A stretch of 64,000 nt of DNA from Alphaproteobacteria bacterium. GTDB taxonomy: Bacteria > Pseudomonadota > Alphaproteobacteria > UBA7887. A program made the translations under genes and the position numbers. The stretch is taken from assembly GCA_965216755.1 (NCBI GenBank), contig CBDCGL010000011.1:2976001-3040000 (forward strand). Direction: 5' to 3'. Under the pieces are notes generated by a model. That model saw only the letters and a list, made by a program, of their open reading frames with translations. It made no database searches and was not told where the DNA came from. This document shows positions 28,616 to 39,244 of this stretch, piece after piece; position 1 is the first letter of the stretch; each line of letters begins with the position of its first letter.

Positions 28616-29137
28616 TCAGAACTTGATCCAACTTTGGCTCTGGTCCGGTGGTCGGCTGAGCAAAGCAATGATGCGCGCGCGCACGGCGTCGACTTCTGAC
28701 GCCATATGCGGGTTATTGCGGCGATAGGTATCGACGTGGTTCCAGACGCGCGCGCGGGTAGCCGGATTCTTGCGCATATGTCGAACCGCATCGTCAATCG
28801 CTATGCGCCGTTCTCGCGTGTTCAAATGAGAAACCGCGCGCAACACGAGGATCGTGCCGGCCATCTCGGGATTGCTTTTCCGATGCGCTCGGTCGTCCTC
28901 ATCGCCGCCGAACCGCCGGCGCACCGCATCGAGCGGCGTCGTGGCGTCGGGCCGATCACGATACGGGTTGGCGAGCAATCCTTCGAGGCTGAGCAGATTG
29001 TCGCTGCCTTCTTTTCCAACTTCGTCGGCCCTGGCGGGTGAGGCGACCATGACTGCGGCGATCAAGGCCAAGTTCCGCAAACATGCCAAAAGGTGTGACG
29101 AGTTGATCAACGGTAACGTCCTGCCGGTGACGGTCAC
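28616..29137 (-). CDS. Hypothetical secreted protein
   Basis: Signal peptide ending ARA|D; helical mature region. Confidence 0.6.
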   Translation of the reverse strand: MTVTGRTLPLINSSHLLACLRNLALIAAVMVASPARADEVGKEGSDNLLSLEGLLANPYRDRPDATTPLDAVRRRFGGDEDDRAHRKSNPEMAGTILVLRAVSHLNTRERRIAIDDAVRHMRKNPATRARVWNHVDTYRRNNPHMASEVDAVRARIIALLSRPPDQSQSWIKF

Positions 29138-29222
29138 GCGGTCCTCTGCCCGTAGGGGCCGGGTCGAGGACCCGCCCTATGGACTTATGCGGTGCGGTGC
29201 AGGCGGACAAGTCGCGCCGGGA

Positions 29223-29945
29223 TCACGATAGCGCCGTGGCGACGAACGCGGGATAGGTTTTGGCCAGCGTCTCGCGCACCGGTCCGCGAATCAGCGCGCG
29301 TTCGGCGTCGCTCACGGCCAGCGTCTCAGGCACGGTATTGGGATACGCGAACGCGAAGCCGGTCGAGTCGATGACCTCATCCAGAGTGACACCGGGATGC
29401 AGGCTTTCCAGGCTGAATGCGCCGGCCTCTTGGTCAAATGTCATGACCGCCTTGCCGGTCACCAGAGCTTCGGGTCCACCGGGTCGATAGCCGCCTGCGG
29501 GGCCGCTTCCGGGGGCGCTGATAAAATCCACCCGCGGCACCAACACCCGGCGCGAATGTTCTTCGCGAAACAAAATCACCCGTGGCACCACGTAGTACAG
29601 GTAACCCGATCCGAACGAACCCGGAAAGCGCACGCGTGTGTCGGGGTAGTCGCCAACGCCAACCAAATTTATGTTGCCGGCGCCGTCGATCTGGCCGCCT
29701 GATAGAAAAAACGCGTCGACACGGCCGCTGCCGGCCAAATCGAACACTTCTCGCCCGCCGTCTGTGAGCGGAAAATGGGTTTGGCTGCCCAGAATGATGA
29801 CCCGGGTGGCCCCCTGGCTTTGGGCTTCGACCAGCAGCGCGGCAGCGGCGGGAATGGGCGAAATGGCGCCGACAACGACCAGGCGCAGCCCGGCAATACG
29901 CCGCGCCAGTATGGCGATCAGAAGCTCGCGATGATGATCAACCAT
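29223..29945 (-). CDS. CoA-transferase beta subunit (GctB/PcaJ-like)
   Basis: FFLSGGQIDG.GNINL, RFPGSFG, VDFISAPG, LESLHPGV. Confidence 0.9.
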   Translation of the reverse strand: MVDHHRELLIAILARRIAGLRLVVVGAISPIPAAAALLVEAQSQGATRVIILGSQTHFPLTDGGREVFDLAGSGRVDAFFLSGGQIDGAGNINLVGVGDYPDTRVRFPGSFGSGYLYYVVPRVILFREEHSRRVLVPRVDFISAPGSGPAGGYRPGGPEALVTGKAVMTFDQEAGAFSLESLHPGVTLDEVIDSTGFAFAYPNTVPETLAVSDAERALIRGPVRETLAKTYPAFVATALS

Positions 29946-29972
29946 CGACCTGGCCGCACGAATTGCCCCGAA

Positions 29973-30812
29973 TTATTCGGCGGCCATTGCGGCACCGAAG
30001 ACGGTCCGATCAAGATAGGCATCGAAACCATCCTGTGTGCGCGCGGCCGCAACGTAATCCTTCATGTGCGCGTCGTCGGCCGGGTAAAGGTCGGCGAAAG
30101 CCAGCGGCCAGGCGCCGTGGTCGGCTTCAGCGACCGCATCGATATAAATGTTTGGCACGGTCCCAGCTGCCGTGACCGGATCATCGAGCAAGTTGCCATC
30201 GACCAGGGTTTCGACGGTGACCAGACTATGGCGCGCGGCATGGGCCATGGTCATCAATTCGCGCCGCAGCCCCACCCACACATTGCCGTGGCGATCGCCG
30301 CGTGGCGCATGAAATAGCGCGATATCCGGTGTGATCGCGGGGATCAGGACGATTGGATCGGCGACGGAATCCTCGGCGAATGGATTGTTGATGGTGCGCC
30401 AATCCGGGCGATGGCGTACCAGATCGGATCCGATCAAACCGCGCAACGGCATGAACGGAACGCCTTTTTCGGCCGCTTGCAAGCCGGCGTGAAGGGCTGG
30501 ACAGGTCGTGTCTTGGACCCGCAACCGGCCGTTTTCCACAGCCGCCCGAAAACGCGGCGCGCCGCCATACTCGCCCAAAGTGACGGCCGCCGTTTCCAAT
30601 CCCGCAACGCAGCCGGCGCCAATCAGCCAATCAGCCATTAGGCCGCAAGTGGGGCCGCCGATTAGATGCAGGTTCTTGGCGCCACGGCGAATCAAGGCGC
30701 CGGTGGCGGCCATCGGCACACCATTCGCATCGGTAGGAGCCACCAAGCTGCTGCCATCGGCGACCATGGCCGCGAGTTCGTCAATATTCACAATAGGTTG
30801 GTGATGATCCAT
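29973..30812 (-). CDS. CoA-transferase alpha subunit (GctA/PcaI-like)
   Basis: LIGAGC, LQAAEKGVPFMP.RG, PDIALFHA..GD..GN. Confidence 0.9.
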   Translation of the reverse strand: MDHHQPIVNIDELAAMVADGSSLVAPTDANGVPMAATGALIRRGAKNLHLIGGPTCGLMADWLIGAGCVAGLETAAVTLGEYGGAPRFRAAVENGRLRVQDTTCPALHAGLQAAEKGVPFMPLRGLIGSDLVRHRPDWRTINNPFAEDSVADPIVLIPAITPDIALFHAPRGDRHGNVWVGLRRELMTMAHAARHSLVTVETLVDGNLLDDPVTAAGTVPNIYIDAVAEADHGAWPLAFADLYPADDAHMKDYVAAARTQDGFDAYLDRTVFGAAMAAE

Positions 30813-31139
30813 GGGGCCTCCGTGGGCGCTAAACCTGGCCGCGCCCTATGGCGTGAAGCCTATGGTTTTCCGGCGCCGTATGCAAATCGTTGTGCGGTGC
30901 GCTTTACGCCGCGCAGCCGCTCGAAGGTCGCAGGGCTGCTCTGCGGCGGGTCACACTTGTGCCTGAAACGCCAAGGATCTAGCTATGTCATAGGGAAGTT
31001 GTTTTGTGCTTTAGATTGAACGCATGTTCGCGCTTCACAGCGCCCGGAGGTAAAGTTTGAGTATGGTCCGGAAAGGTGCGGCGTAGATGGATCGATTTTT
31101 TCGCTTATTCGCAAAAAGGGCTAACGCGAAGGTGATTGG

Positions 31140-32267
31140 ATGGTAAAGGGGCGGAACGTCTTGTTCAGCCTCGGTGTTATCGCAGCCTTGGCCATCGGCG
31201 GTGTTTATGGCGCGGATTGGTGGGAGCGCCAGCAGTACATCGTCACCACAGACAATGCTTATGTGCGCGCCCATCTGACCGTGATCAGTCCGGAAATCGA
31301 CGCCCATGTCGAAACCGTTCATGTGGTCGCCAACGACTTTGTCCGTGCGGGTGACATACTGGTCACGTTTAGCGCCAGTTCATACGAAGCAGCGGTTGAC
31401 ACCGCGCGCGCCGAGCTCGCCGCCGCCGAGGCGGATCTGACCAACGGTCAAGCATCAATCGAGAATGTCACCGCGCGGCGCCAATTGCAGCATGCCTTGA
31501 TCGCCCAGGCCGACGCACGCCTTGCTTCGGAACGCGCCGCGGCGGAGCAAGCCGGCCGCGATCTGGAACGCTATGAACGGCTCATGGAACGGCAGACCGG
31601 CAGTCGGCAAAAGTTCGAAGAGGCCCTGACCGCGCGGCGTCAGGCGACCGCGGCTGTCGCACGGGCTGAAGCGGAGCAGCAGGCCGCGCGCGAAGCACTG
31701 ACGGTGATCGACAGCGAAATGGGCCAGATGGACGCTGACATCGCGCGCCGTCAGGCCATGGTCGCCCGGGCAGAGGCGCGCTTGGACCAGGCCGAGCTGG
31801 CATTGTCGGACACGTTGGTGATTTCGCCGGTTGACGGCTTCATCGGCAATCGCAAGGTCGAACCGGGCATGTATATGGAAGCCGGTTGGCCCATGATGTC
31901 CGTGATTCCAACCTCGGAAATTTGGGTGACGGCGAATTTTAAGGAAACGCAAGTGCGTCGCTTACGGTCTGGCCAGATCGCGGAACTGAGAATCGATGCC
32001 TTTCCGGATCAACCGGTCGAAGGTCGGGTCGATAGTTTGGGCGCCGCCAGCGCCGCCGAATTTAGCTTGCTACCGGCCCAGAACGCCGCCGGCAACTTCG
32101 TTAAAGTGGTACAACGTATCCCAGTGCGCATTCTGTTTGACGTGCCGCCCGCGCTTGAGGGGCGGATTGTCCCCGGCATGTCGGTGATCGTTACGGTCGA
32201 CACGCAAACAGCGCCGGAAGGTGGCGCGTTGGCGAGCACGGTCGCGGCGGTTCCAAACCAGGAATAG
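31140..32267 (+). CDS. HlyD/EmrA-family membrane fusion protein
   Basis: TTDNAYV, ANFKETQ, FSLLPAQNA.GNFVKVVQRIPVRI, PGMSV. Confidence 0.95.
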   Translation: MVKGRNVLFSLGVIAALAIGGVYGADWWERQQYIVTTDNAYVRAHLTVISPEIDAHVETVHVVANDFVRAGDILVTFSASSYEAAVDTARAELAAAEADLTNGQASIENVTARRQLQHALIAQADARLASERAAAEQAGRDLERYERLMERQTGSRQKFEEALTARRQATAAVARAEAEQQAAREALTVIDSEMGQMDADIARRQAMVARAEARLDQAELALSDTLVISPVDGFIGNRKVEPGMYMEAGWPMMSVIPTSEIWVTANFKETQVRRLRSGQIAELRIDAFPDQPVEGRVDSLGAASAAEFSLLPAQNAAGNFVKVVQRIPVRILFDVPPALEGRIVPGMSVIVTVDTQTAPEGGALASTVAAVPNQE

Positions 32268-32308
32268 CTGCCCGGTGGAGCGGTTGGGCGCCACCAAGGC
32301 AACCGTTT

Positions 32309-33904
32309 TCAGTCGTGGCTTTCAATACTCCAAAAGAACGGCACCGGCGACGGGATCAAGCCCGTTAACGATGTCCGATAGGCGATCGGATTGTAGTACT
32401 GGCCCCAAAGACCATGGGTGACCACCTCGAAGGCGCGGGCTTGAACGTCCGCGGCAATCGCCGCGCGAGCCTCGGTGTCGGTGGTTTCGGCATAACGGTC
32501 GCGCAGGGCTTCAATCTTGTCGTCGCAAGGCCACCCGAACCAGGCCCGCGCCGTACAACCGCCAGAGATAGCAATATTAGACACCGGGTCTTGCGCGTCG
32601 ACCGCCATTGACCAGGTGTGGAAAATGTTCCAACCGCCGTCCGCCGGTGGTGCCTGCACCGTGCGCCGCGAGGTCAGCGTACTCCAATCCATGGCTTGCA
32701 AATCCACTGTCATGCCGGCGGCGCGCAGCAATTGGGCGGTGACCAGCGATGCGCTCGACAACACGGCGATGTCGGTTGGCTGCAAAATCACAACCGGTGT
32801 GCCGTCATAGCCGGCCTCCGCCAACAGATCACGCGCGTGCGCCACGTCATGGGCCATCAGCGCCTCGGCACCGACGTCGCTTTCGTGGAGCGTCCCGCAG
32901 GCAAAGATCGCCGGGCAAGCGCGCCAATAGTCCGTATTGCCGACCGCAGCTTGCATATAGGTGTCTTGATCGATCAGCCACAGCACGGCTTGGCGGACGC
33001 GCACATCGTCGAAGGGTGGGTGCAAATGATTCATGCGCAGCCACCCTTGAACGCCGAGCGGATCAAGATTTTCCACAACGACGTCGGGCGCTGTTTCCAA
33101 GATCGGCAGCAAGTCATGGGGCGGCAGCTCGAGATAATCGACTTCACCCGCGATCAGCGCGTTCATGGCCGTCGCCGCGTCTGGAATATAATGCCACTCG
33201 ACCCGGTCAACCTTGACCACTTTGCCGCCGGCGCCGAAGCTCGCTGGTTCGGCGCGCGGCACATAGGCGTTATTGCGTACGTAGACGACCTTGGTGCCCG
33301 GCACCCACTCGGCGGCAACGAAACGGAACGGGCCGGAACCGATCATCTCCGGCACTTGTTCGAACGGATCTGTTGCCGCCAGCCGCGCCGGCATCATGAA
33401 CGGCACGTTGGAGCTGATTTTGCCCAGCGATTCCAACACCAGGCCATAAGGCTTGGCCAGTTCCAGGGTAAACGTATCGGCGTCGACGGCGCGCAGGTCC
33501 TTGGTCGCGTCCATCAACTTTTGCCCCATGCCGTCGCGCGCGCCCCAGCGGCGAATCGATGCCACGCAATCCGCCGCGGTGACCGGCGCGCCGTCATGCC
33601 AGACGAGCCCGTCACGTAACGTAAAAGACCAGACCAGGCCGTCGTCACTGACCGACCAGCTGTCAACCATCTGTGGCTGCACGTCGAGGTTTTCATCGAG
33701 CGCGAATAGCGTGTCGTAAACCATGTAGCCGTGGTTTCGGGTGATATAGGCCGTCGTCCAGATGGGATCGATGTTCTTCAGATCGGCGTGGGGTACGACG
33801 CGCAGCACGCTCTCCGCGGCGTCCGGGGCCGGCCCCCATGGGCGCAAGGCTGCGGCAAGAACGATCGCTGCGGCCCAACAACGTCTGCGCAAACTGAGCA
33901 TCAT
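32309..33904 (-). CDS. ABC transporter substrate-binding protein (peptide/nickel, family 5)
   Basis: DPIWTTAYITRNHGYMVYDTLF, FTLRDGL, GSGPF, PPFDD.RVRQA. Confidence 0.93.
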   Translation of the reverse strand: MMLSLRRRCWAAAIVLAAALRPWGPAPDAAESVLRVVPHADLKNIDPIWTTAYITRNHGYMVYDTLFALDENLDVQPQMVDSWSVSDDGLVWSFTLRDGLVWHDGAPVTAADCVASIRRWGARDGMGQKLMDATKDLRAVDADTFTLELAKPYGLVLESLGKISSNVPFMMPARLAATDPFEQVPEMIGSGPFRFVAAEWVPGTKVVYVRNNAYVPRAEPASFGAGGKVVKVDRVEWHYIPDAATAMNALIAGEVDYLELPPHDLLPILETAPDVVVENLDPLGVQGWLRMNHLHPPFDDVRVRQAVLWLIDQDTYMQAAVGNTDYWRACPAIFACGTLHESDVGAEALMAHDVAHARDLLAEAGYDGTPVVILQPTDIAVLSSASLVTAQLLRAAGMTVDLQAMDWSTLTSRRTVQAPPADGGWNIFHTWSMAVDAQDPVSNIAISGGCTARAWFGWPCDDKIEALRDRYAETTDTEARAAIAADVQARAFEVVTHGLWGQYYNPIAYRTSLTGLIPSPVPFFWSIESHD

Positions 33905-34123
33905 CCAGATCCTCTCACCAGTGGCGACGTCCTCTGTCGGCGCCATGATAGCATTCTGGCGCGCCGCCCACGTCGGACCTGCCCCGGATTTCGGTGAGCG
34001 ATCAGATCAAGGGAGCCGTGCGTGGCGCAACATTGACCCACTGGCGTGTCGGGTCCTAGGCTGCATGACTCGTCCGCGATCAGCATTCACTAGGTGCGAA
34101 CGACCGAAAGGGCCTTGAAGACG

Positions 34124-34558
34124 ATGAGCGAAAAACCACAGAAATTCTCCGTCAGCTACGCTAAGGATGCTGTCTATAAGCCGGGTTTGCGCGACTTCAT
34201 GGAGTATCGCGATCTCGGCATCGATGGCGCCACCCATGGCAAAGTCCGCGCCCATGTCATCCGGGTCAAGCAAGACCAAGAGGGCGATCAGGACATGCAC
34301 ACCACCGGCCCGCACCAGCATTTGCTGGACTTCCAGATGTTTTATGTGTTGAACGGCTGGATCAAGTTCATCTATGAGGGCCAGCAGGGCGAGATGACCT
34401 TCCGACGCGGCGACTGCGTGTTGCAACCGGCCGCCATTCGCCATAACGAACTTGCCTGTTCGGACGATCTTGAAGTGTTGGAGATCTATTCCCCCGCCGA
34501 GCACGAAACGCGCGTCGTCGACAGCGTGCCGGGACACACCGCCGAAGCCGCCGAATAG
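34124..34558 (+). CDS. Cupin-domain protein
   Basis: GLRDFMEYRDLG, H.H..DFQMFYVL.GW, IRHNE. Confidence 0.88.
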   Translation: MSEKPQKFSVSYAKDAVYKPGLRDFMEYRDLGIDGATHGKVRAHVIRVKQDQEGDQDMHTTGPHQHLLDFQMFYVLNGWIKFIYEGQQGEMTFRRGDCVLQPAAIRHNELACSDDLEVLEIYSPAEHETRVVDSVPGHTAEAAE

Positions 34559-34612
34559 AACTCCAAACCCGCCCGGCGCGATGCGTTGGCATCGCGCCGT
34601 CGCGATCTTGCT

Positions 34613-35479
34613 TCAGGTCGCGGCGGCCATGATCACCGCTTCCTGGTCCTCGGGCACATAGAAATACGAGCCCGGGCGGAAGTCGTAACCCAAATCGCCG
34701 AGCAGGCGCCGTTGCCGCGGCGAGCACCGGTCAAGCACGCCTTGCGGTGGCGCGCCAAAGTCGTACCAGCGGACGAACATCTGACAATAGTTGTAAAGCA
34801 AAGTCTTGCGCGCGGTGCCCGAATTGTTGGGCGCGGGCCCGTGCCACAGCGCATGGGGAAACAGATAACAATCGCCGGCCTTGCCCGTCAGCTGCGCGGC
34901 GCCCGGCGCGTGCGGATGCGGCGCGCGGTCCGTGCCTTCCGGAAACGGCCGCATATGGCTGCCGGGAAAGACGGTAAAATTGCCGCTGTCGGGTTCGGTG
35001 ACATCGGTGAGCAAATACATCGCTTTCATCGCCAGCGGCCGGCTGGTCTCGGTCACCCGCACGCGCCGCTGTGCTTCGCCGCCGTCGGTGTGGGTATAAC
35101 CCCGAAACCCGTCGTTGGACGCGCGCACGATCGCCTGCGACATGGAAAACTGGATGTAGGGCCCCATGATGTCGACAATCAGATCGAATACGCCGGGCCG
35201 GTCAATCAAGTCGATGAAGGTTTGGTCATAGGCCAGTAGGTCGCGCCGGTCCATGAACGCGCCCGGGTCAAGGTTGCCATGTTCGACCCAGGCATAGTGG
35301 CCGAGCGGCATTTGTTTGGGCGCCGGTTCATAGCCGGGCAATGTGCGGATTCGATCGATGGCGCGGCTGAAGCTGTCGACTTCTTCCGGACTCAACGCGC
35401 CTTCGAGCTGGATATAGCCGTCTACCGCCCATTGCTCGCGCTGCAAGTCGGTCAGTGTACCCATGCCGTTGTGGCTCAT
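34613..35479 (-). CDS. Phytanoyl-CoA dioxygenase (PhyH) family Fe(II)/2OG oxygenase
   Basis: DGY, HTD, LTD...GN..V.PGSH, AGD...F...LWH, R. Confidence 0.9.
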   Translation of the reverse strand: MSHNGMGTLTDLQREQWAVDGYIQLEGALSPEEVDSFSRAIDRIRTLPGYEPAPKQMPLGHYAWVEHGNLDPGAFMDRRDLLAYDQTFIDLIDRPGVFDLIVDIMGPYIQFSMSQAIVRASNDGFRGYTHTDGGEAQRRVRVTETSRPLAMKAMYLLTDVTEPDSGNFTVFPGSHMRPFPEGTDRAPHPHAPGAAQLTGKAGDCYLFPHALWHGPAPNNSGTARKTLLYNYCQMFVRWYDFGAPPQGVLDRCSPRQRRLLGDLGYDFRPGSYFYVPEDQEAVIMAAAT

Positions 35480-35539
35480 GATGTTCAGTACCTCCGCATC
35501 AATCGGCGATGGACACCGGCGATACCGTGCGGCCAAGCT

Positions 35540-35965
35540 TCAGCTATATTTCTTCGGCGGCTGCGGGTTGTTTGCCGGATTGGTGTCGTGTTTTGATAGC
35601 CTGGTCACGATGTCACCGCCGACCAACGCCAGCAAGTCGGCCTCAAGCGCATCTGCCTTGTCTTGGGCGTAGACCTCGTCGCCGCCAACGTAAAGTGTGA
35701 ACGACTTGATGTATTTCGCTTCCTTGGCGGGGTCCTCGATCGTTGCTTTGGTCCACTTGTAAAGCGGATATTGCGCGACGCCGTTTTCTTCGGCTTCGGC
35801 GACATAGCCGGCAAAGGCATCAAATTGGCATTTCAGCTGGGCGTCGTGCCGGTGCAAGATATCCGCCAGCGGGCGCAGTGACGGATCGTCCGGATCGCGC
35901 CGCGCTGTGCGTGCCGGCTCGTCGTGAAGATAGATCCGCACTTGGTATTGCCAGGTTTCGCTCAT
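35540..35965 (-). CDS. Hypothetical protein
   Basis: AGGAG RBS; globular-looking 141 aa ending HDTNPANNPQPP. Confidence 0.75.
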   Translation of the reverse strand: MSETWQYQVRIYLHDEPARTARRDPDDPSLRPLADILHRHDAQLKCQFDAFAGYVAEAEENGVAQYPLYKWTKATIEDPAKEAKYIKSFTLYVGGDEVYAQDKADALEADLLALVGGDIVTRLSKHDTNPANNPQPPKKYS

Positions 35966-36044
35966 TGCGGGTTGTCTCCTTTATCCGCTCTTGGCACCTG
36001 GCACCATGCTAAGCGGCCCGCGGGCTGGCCTCAAGAGCCCGCGC

Positions 36045-36680
36045 TCAGCCGCCGCTATTGACCTGCCGTTCGGCATCATAGGCACCGGCTGGTAGCTCGT
36101 GGGCGATGCCTTTATGGCAGTCGATGCAGGTTTGTCCCTCGTCGATGGCTTCGGTGTGGCGTCGGCCGGAGCGCGATTCCTGCAAGGTCAGATCCATATA
36201 TTCGAAACTGTGGCAGTTGCGGCATTCGCGCGAGTCCGTGCGCTTCATCGTACGCCACACGCGTTTCGCCATGTCCAGCCGCGCGGCTTCAAATTTCTCG
36301 CGCGTGTTGATTGTCCCGGCAAAGTGATGAAACAGCTCATTGGTTGCCTGAATCTTACGCAGTACTTTGTGAATCCATTCCTTGGGCACGTGACAGTCGG
36401 GGCAGGTCGCGCGCACGCCGGTGCGATTGACGTAATGAATCGTTTCCCGGTACTCGCGAAACACATTTTGGTCCATCTCATGACAACTGATACAAAAAGT
36501 CTCGGTGTTGGTCAGCTCCATCGCCCAGTTAAAGCCACCCCATAAGACCACGCCGGCGACCACGCCAACGCCCAGCAACGTGCCCAATGCATAGGTGCGG
36601 CTCGGCCGCGTCAAGTGAGTCCACGCCCGCCGCCAGCGTCCGTCGCCGCCACTGTCATTGCCATGTTCGTCGTCGCTCAT
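36045..36680 (-). CDS. napC: NapC/NirT tetrahaem quinol dehydrogenase
   Basis: TM plus four CxxCH (CISCH, CPDCH, CRNCH, CIDCH). Confidence 0.97.
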   Translation of the reverse strand: MSDDEHGNDSGGDGRWRRAWTHLTRPSRTYALGTLLGVGVVAGVVLWGGFNWAMELTNTETFCISCHEMDQNVFREYRETIHYVNRTGVRATCPDCHVPKEWIHKVLRKIQATNELFHHFAGTINTREKFEAARLDMAKRVWRTMKRTDSRECRNCHSFEYMDLTLQESRSGRRHTEAIDEGQTCIDCHKGIAHELPAGAYDAERQVNSGG

Positions 36681-36723
36681 AATGCCCCCCTTTGTTCGAA
36701 CCTCGTTTCAGTCCGAGCCGGCC

Positions 36724-37194
36724 CTATTCGATGTCAAAAGCGGATTGAAATCGGTTGCGACGCAATTCGCGCGCGTTCACTTGTGGCACGTGGCATTGGG
36801 TACAGAACCAACGGGTACGTGCGACCTGATCCAGCGCCACGCCATTGCGATCGATATAATGTGTCTCGCTAATTTTTGGCGCGCCCTCTTCAATATTGTG
36901 CGGCCAATCATGGCAGCGCATGCACTGGTTAACTTTGAGGTTGATTTGATATTTCACGATGTTGTGGGGAATCATCGGGGGTTGTTGACGATAGGCGCGC
37001 GCGAAACGGCCGCTGTCGGTGTTCTGCCGCCGCACGTCGTCGGCAGCAGGCAGGTCCTCGATGGCGGCCGGACCACGCAACGAGGTGACCGCGCCATCTT
37101 GTGCGCTGGTCTGCGCAGATGGTATCAGCCAGGCCAGTAGCAGGGCCAAACCTACGGCGACATTTCGTGTTCGCCCATTCGAATGCCTGATCAC
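36724..37194 (-). CDS. napB: Periplasmic nitrate reductase dihaem cytochrome subunit
   Basis: QPPMIPH, CMRCH, ISETHY, CTQCHVPQ; GGAGG before GTG 37194. Confidence 0.95.
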   Translation of the reverse strand: MIRHSNGRTRNVAVGLALLLAWLIPSAQTSAQDGAVTSLRGPAAIEDLPAADDVRRQNTDSGRFARAYRQQPPMIPHNIVKYQINLKVNQCMRCHDWPHNIEEGAPKISETHYIDRNGVALDQVARTRWFCTQCHVPQVNARELRRNRFQSAFDIE

Positions 37195-37210
37195 GGTTCC
37201 TTCCTCCCTC

Positions 37211-38143
37211 TCAGAGTGCCGCGCGCGTGCCTGGATTGACCATGTGCGCGGTCGCGCCACGGGGCGCGGCCGCGCGCCGGTCAAAGCGAGTCCCAAAGCC
37301 AAAAACGTTCTTCGTGCACACATCGATACAACGACCGCACTTGGTGCAATCTGACGACAGAATCAACGGGCTGGCAGCGGCCGTGTCAGCGCCGCGCGCC
37401 AACGCCGACGCGATTTTGCGACGCGCCAACGCCGGCGCGATGACCTGTGGTTCCGGACAAACCGCATAGCAATCCATGCAATCGTCGCAAGCCGCGCGGC
37501 CGGCGGCGCCGACCCGCACCACACTGGCGCGGCCGAGCAAGCCGTAAAATGCGCCGACCGGGCACAAGCGGCCGCACCACCCGCGTCGGCTAACAAACAG
37601 ATCAAACAGAAAAACGGCCACAACGACGGTCCATGCCCAACCGATCCCAAAAATCAGGCCGCGATGCATCATAGAAACAGGATTGATCAGTTCCCAGGCG
37701 ATGGTGCCGGACAGCGCCGCGACAATCACTGTCGCGCCGAGTAGCCACAGGCGGGTTTGACGTCTCGGTTGCCAGCCTTTTTGCTCAAGGCCCAACTTGG
37801 TCCGCAACCACGCCGCCAAATCGGTGACCGGATTGATCGGACACACCCACGCGCAATAGACGCGCCCGCCAACAATCGCATAGCCGACGGCAACGATCAG
37901 GGCACCAAGGATTGCGGTCAGCGCCGGCCAGTGACCGGCGGCAATCGATTGAACCAGCACATAGGGGTCGGTGAGCGGCACTGTGTCCAGCACCAAGCTG
38001 GCGGTCAGGTTGCCCTTGAGCCACCACACACCGAACAGGGGCCCGGCCAAGAACAACGCCATAATGGCGACCTGACTGCAACGGCGGGCGATCAGCCAGC
38101 GATGGCGCGCGAACCAACCGGACTGTGTGTGCGTGGTGCTCAT
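37211..38143 (-). CDS. napH: Quinol dehydrogenase membrane ferredoxin subunit
   Basis: [19 protein letters not shown], two 4Fe-4S motifs; ATGA overlap with napG. Confidence 0.95.
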   Translation of the reverse strand: MSTTHTQSGWFARHRWLIARRCSQVAIMALFLAGPLFGVWWLKGNLTASLVLDTVPLTDPYVLVQSIAAGHWPALTAILGALIVAVGYAIVGGRVYCAWVCPINPVTDLAAWLRTKLGLEQKGWQPRRQTRLWLLGATVIVAALSGTIAWELINPVSMMHRGLIFGIGWAWTVVVAVFLFDLFVSRRGWCGRLCPVGAFYGLLGRASVVRVGAAGRAACDDCMDCYAVCPEPQVIAPALARRKIASALARGADTAAASPLILSSDCTKCGRCIDVCTKNVFGFGTRFDRRAAAPRGATAHMVNPGTRAAL

Positions 38144-38934
38144 GGTTCGAACGTGCGCACCGGCAGCGCCATCTTGCGCGCGCCAGGGCGCCGATCTGGC
38201 AGGTCGATCACATCGTCGACCAATGGCCGCCCGCGTTTGTTCTTTTCTTCCCAGCCGAGTCGGTAGTGGCTGCCGAGCGCGCCGACCGCGATCGCGTCCG
38301 GCAACACTTTGATCGCGGCCTCGTCCAGCACGCAGGCATATTCGCACTTGCCGCAGCCGGTGCAGGCGTCGGCATGCACGGTCGGTACGAAAATCGCGTG
38401 TCGGCCGGTGCGTTCATTGTGCTGTTCCTCCAACGTAATCGCCGTGTCGAACAGCGGACAGACGCGATAGCACACGTCGCAACGCAGGCCGAGAATGTTC
38501 AAGCAGGTTTCATGGCCGACCAGCACCGCAACGCCCATACGGGCGTCGTCGATGTTGTTCAGACTGTGATCGAGGGCGCCGGTCGGACACGCCGCGACGC
38601 AGGGCACGTCTTCGCACATTTCGCACGGTACCTCGCGTGCGATGAAATAAGGCGTGCCTGTGGTGGGTGGCGTGCCCAGACGGGCGAGCCGCAGTGTGTC
38701 ATAGGGGCAGGCGCGCACACATAGACCACAGCGCACGCAGGCGCCGAGAAAATCGCGTTCCGCGCGGGCGCCGGGCGGCCGCAAAGCCTGCGCCGGCCGC
38801 GACAACGCCTGACGCACCCACAAGGCGAGTGTCAGGCTCCCGATCCCGACCGCGCACAGCATGCGCGCCATATCGCCAAACATACGCCGGCGTGTCACCG
38901 ACCCCGCGCGGCCCGGTGTTGACAATCTAGCCAT
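38140..38934 (-). CDS. napG: Ferredoxin-type protein NapG
   Basis: Twin-Arg leader, [45 protein letters not shown]. Confidence 0.95.
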   Translation of the reverse strand: MARLSTPGRAGSVTRRRMFGDMARMLCAVGIGSLTLALWVRQALSRPAQALRPPGARAERDFLGACVRCGLCVRACPYDTLRLARLGTPPTTGTPYFIAREVPCEMCEDVPCVAACPTGALDHSLNNIDDARMGVAVLVGHETCLNILGLRCDVCYRVCPLFDTAITLEEQHNERTGRHAIFVPTVHADACTGCGKCEYACVLDEAAIKVLPDAIAVGALGSHYRLGWEEKNKRGRPLVDDVIDLPDRRPGARKMALPVRTFEP

Positions 38935-38969
38935 GAAAACACCGCCTCATTTCAGGCCAATACCCGTTG

Positions 38970-39244
38970 CTAGAGCGGTATCCGACAATATTGAACCATT
39001 CTGCCGGAGCGCCTTTTCGCCAAGATCAAGTCGCTGTCCGCAGGGCGTATCGGGAATACGGCCAAGGGCAGCGACGCAGAGATTGGCAAAAAGGTGCCCG
39101 GCCCTGCGGGTTCGCGACCGGCCGGCGACCACTTTGTCGGACGGCTTGCCCGATGCGCCAGCATCGCGCTGCGCCGCCCTTCGCGTGGATCGCCACGCCG
39201 GGCCGCGAACAGAATTGATTCAATATTATCGGACACTGCTCTAG
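38970..39244 (-). mobile_element. 275-bp MITE-like structured repeat, copy 1 (inserted at the napA stop codon)
   Basis: TA-flanked, imperfect ~35-bp terminal inverted repeats GAGC...GCTC; about 90% identical, without indels, to the reverse complement of 54580-54854. Confidence 0.9.
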
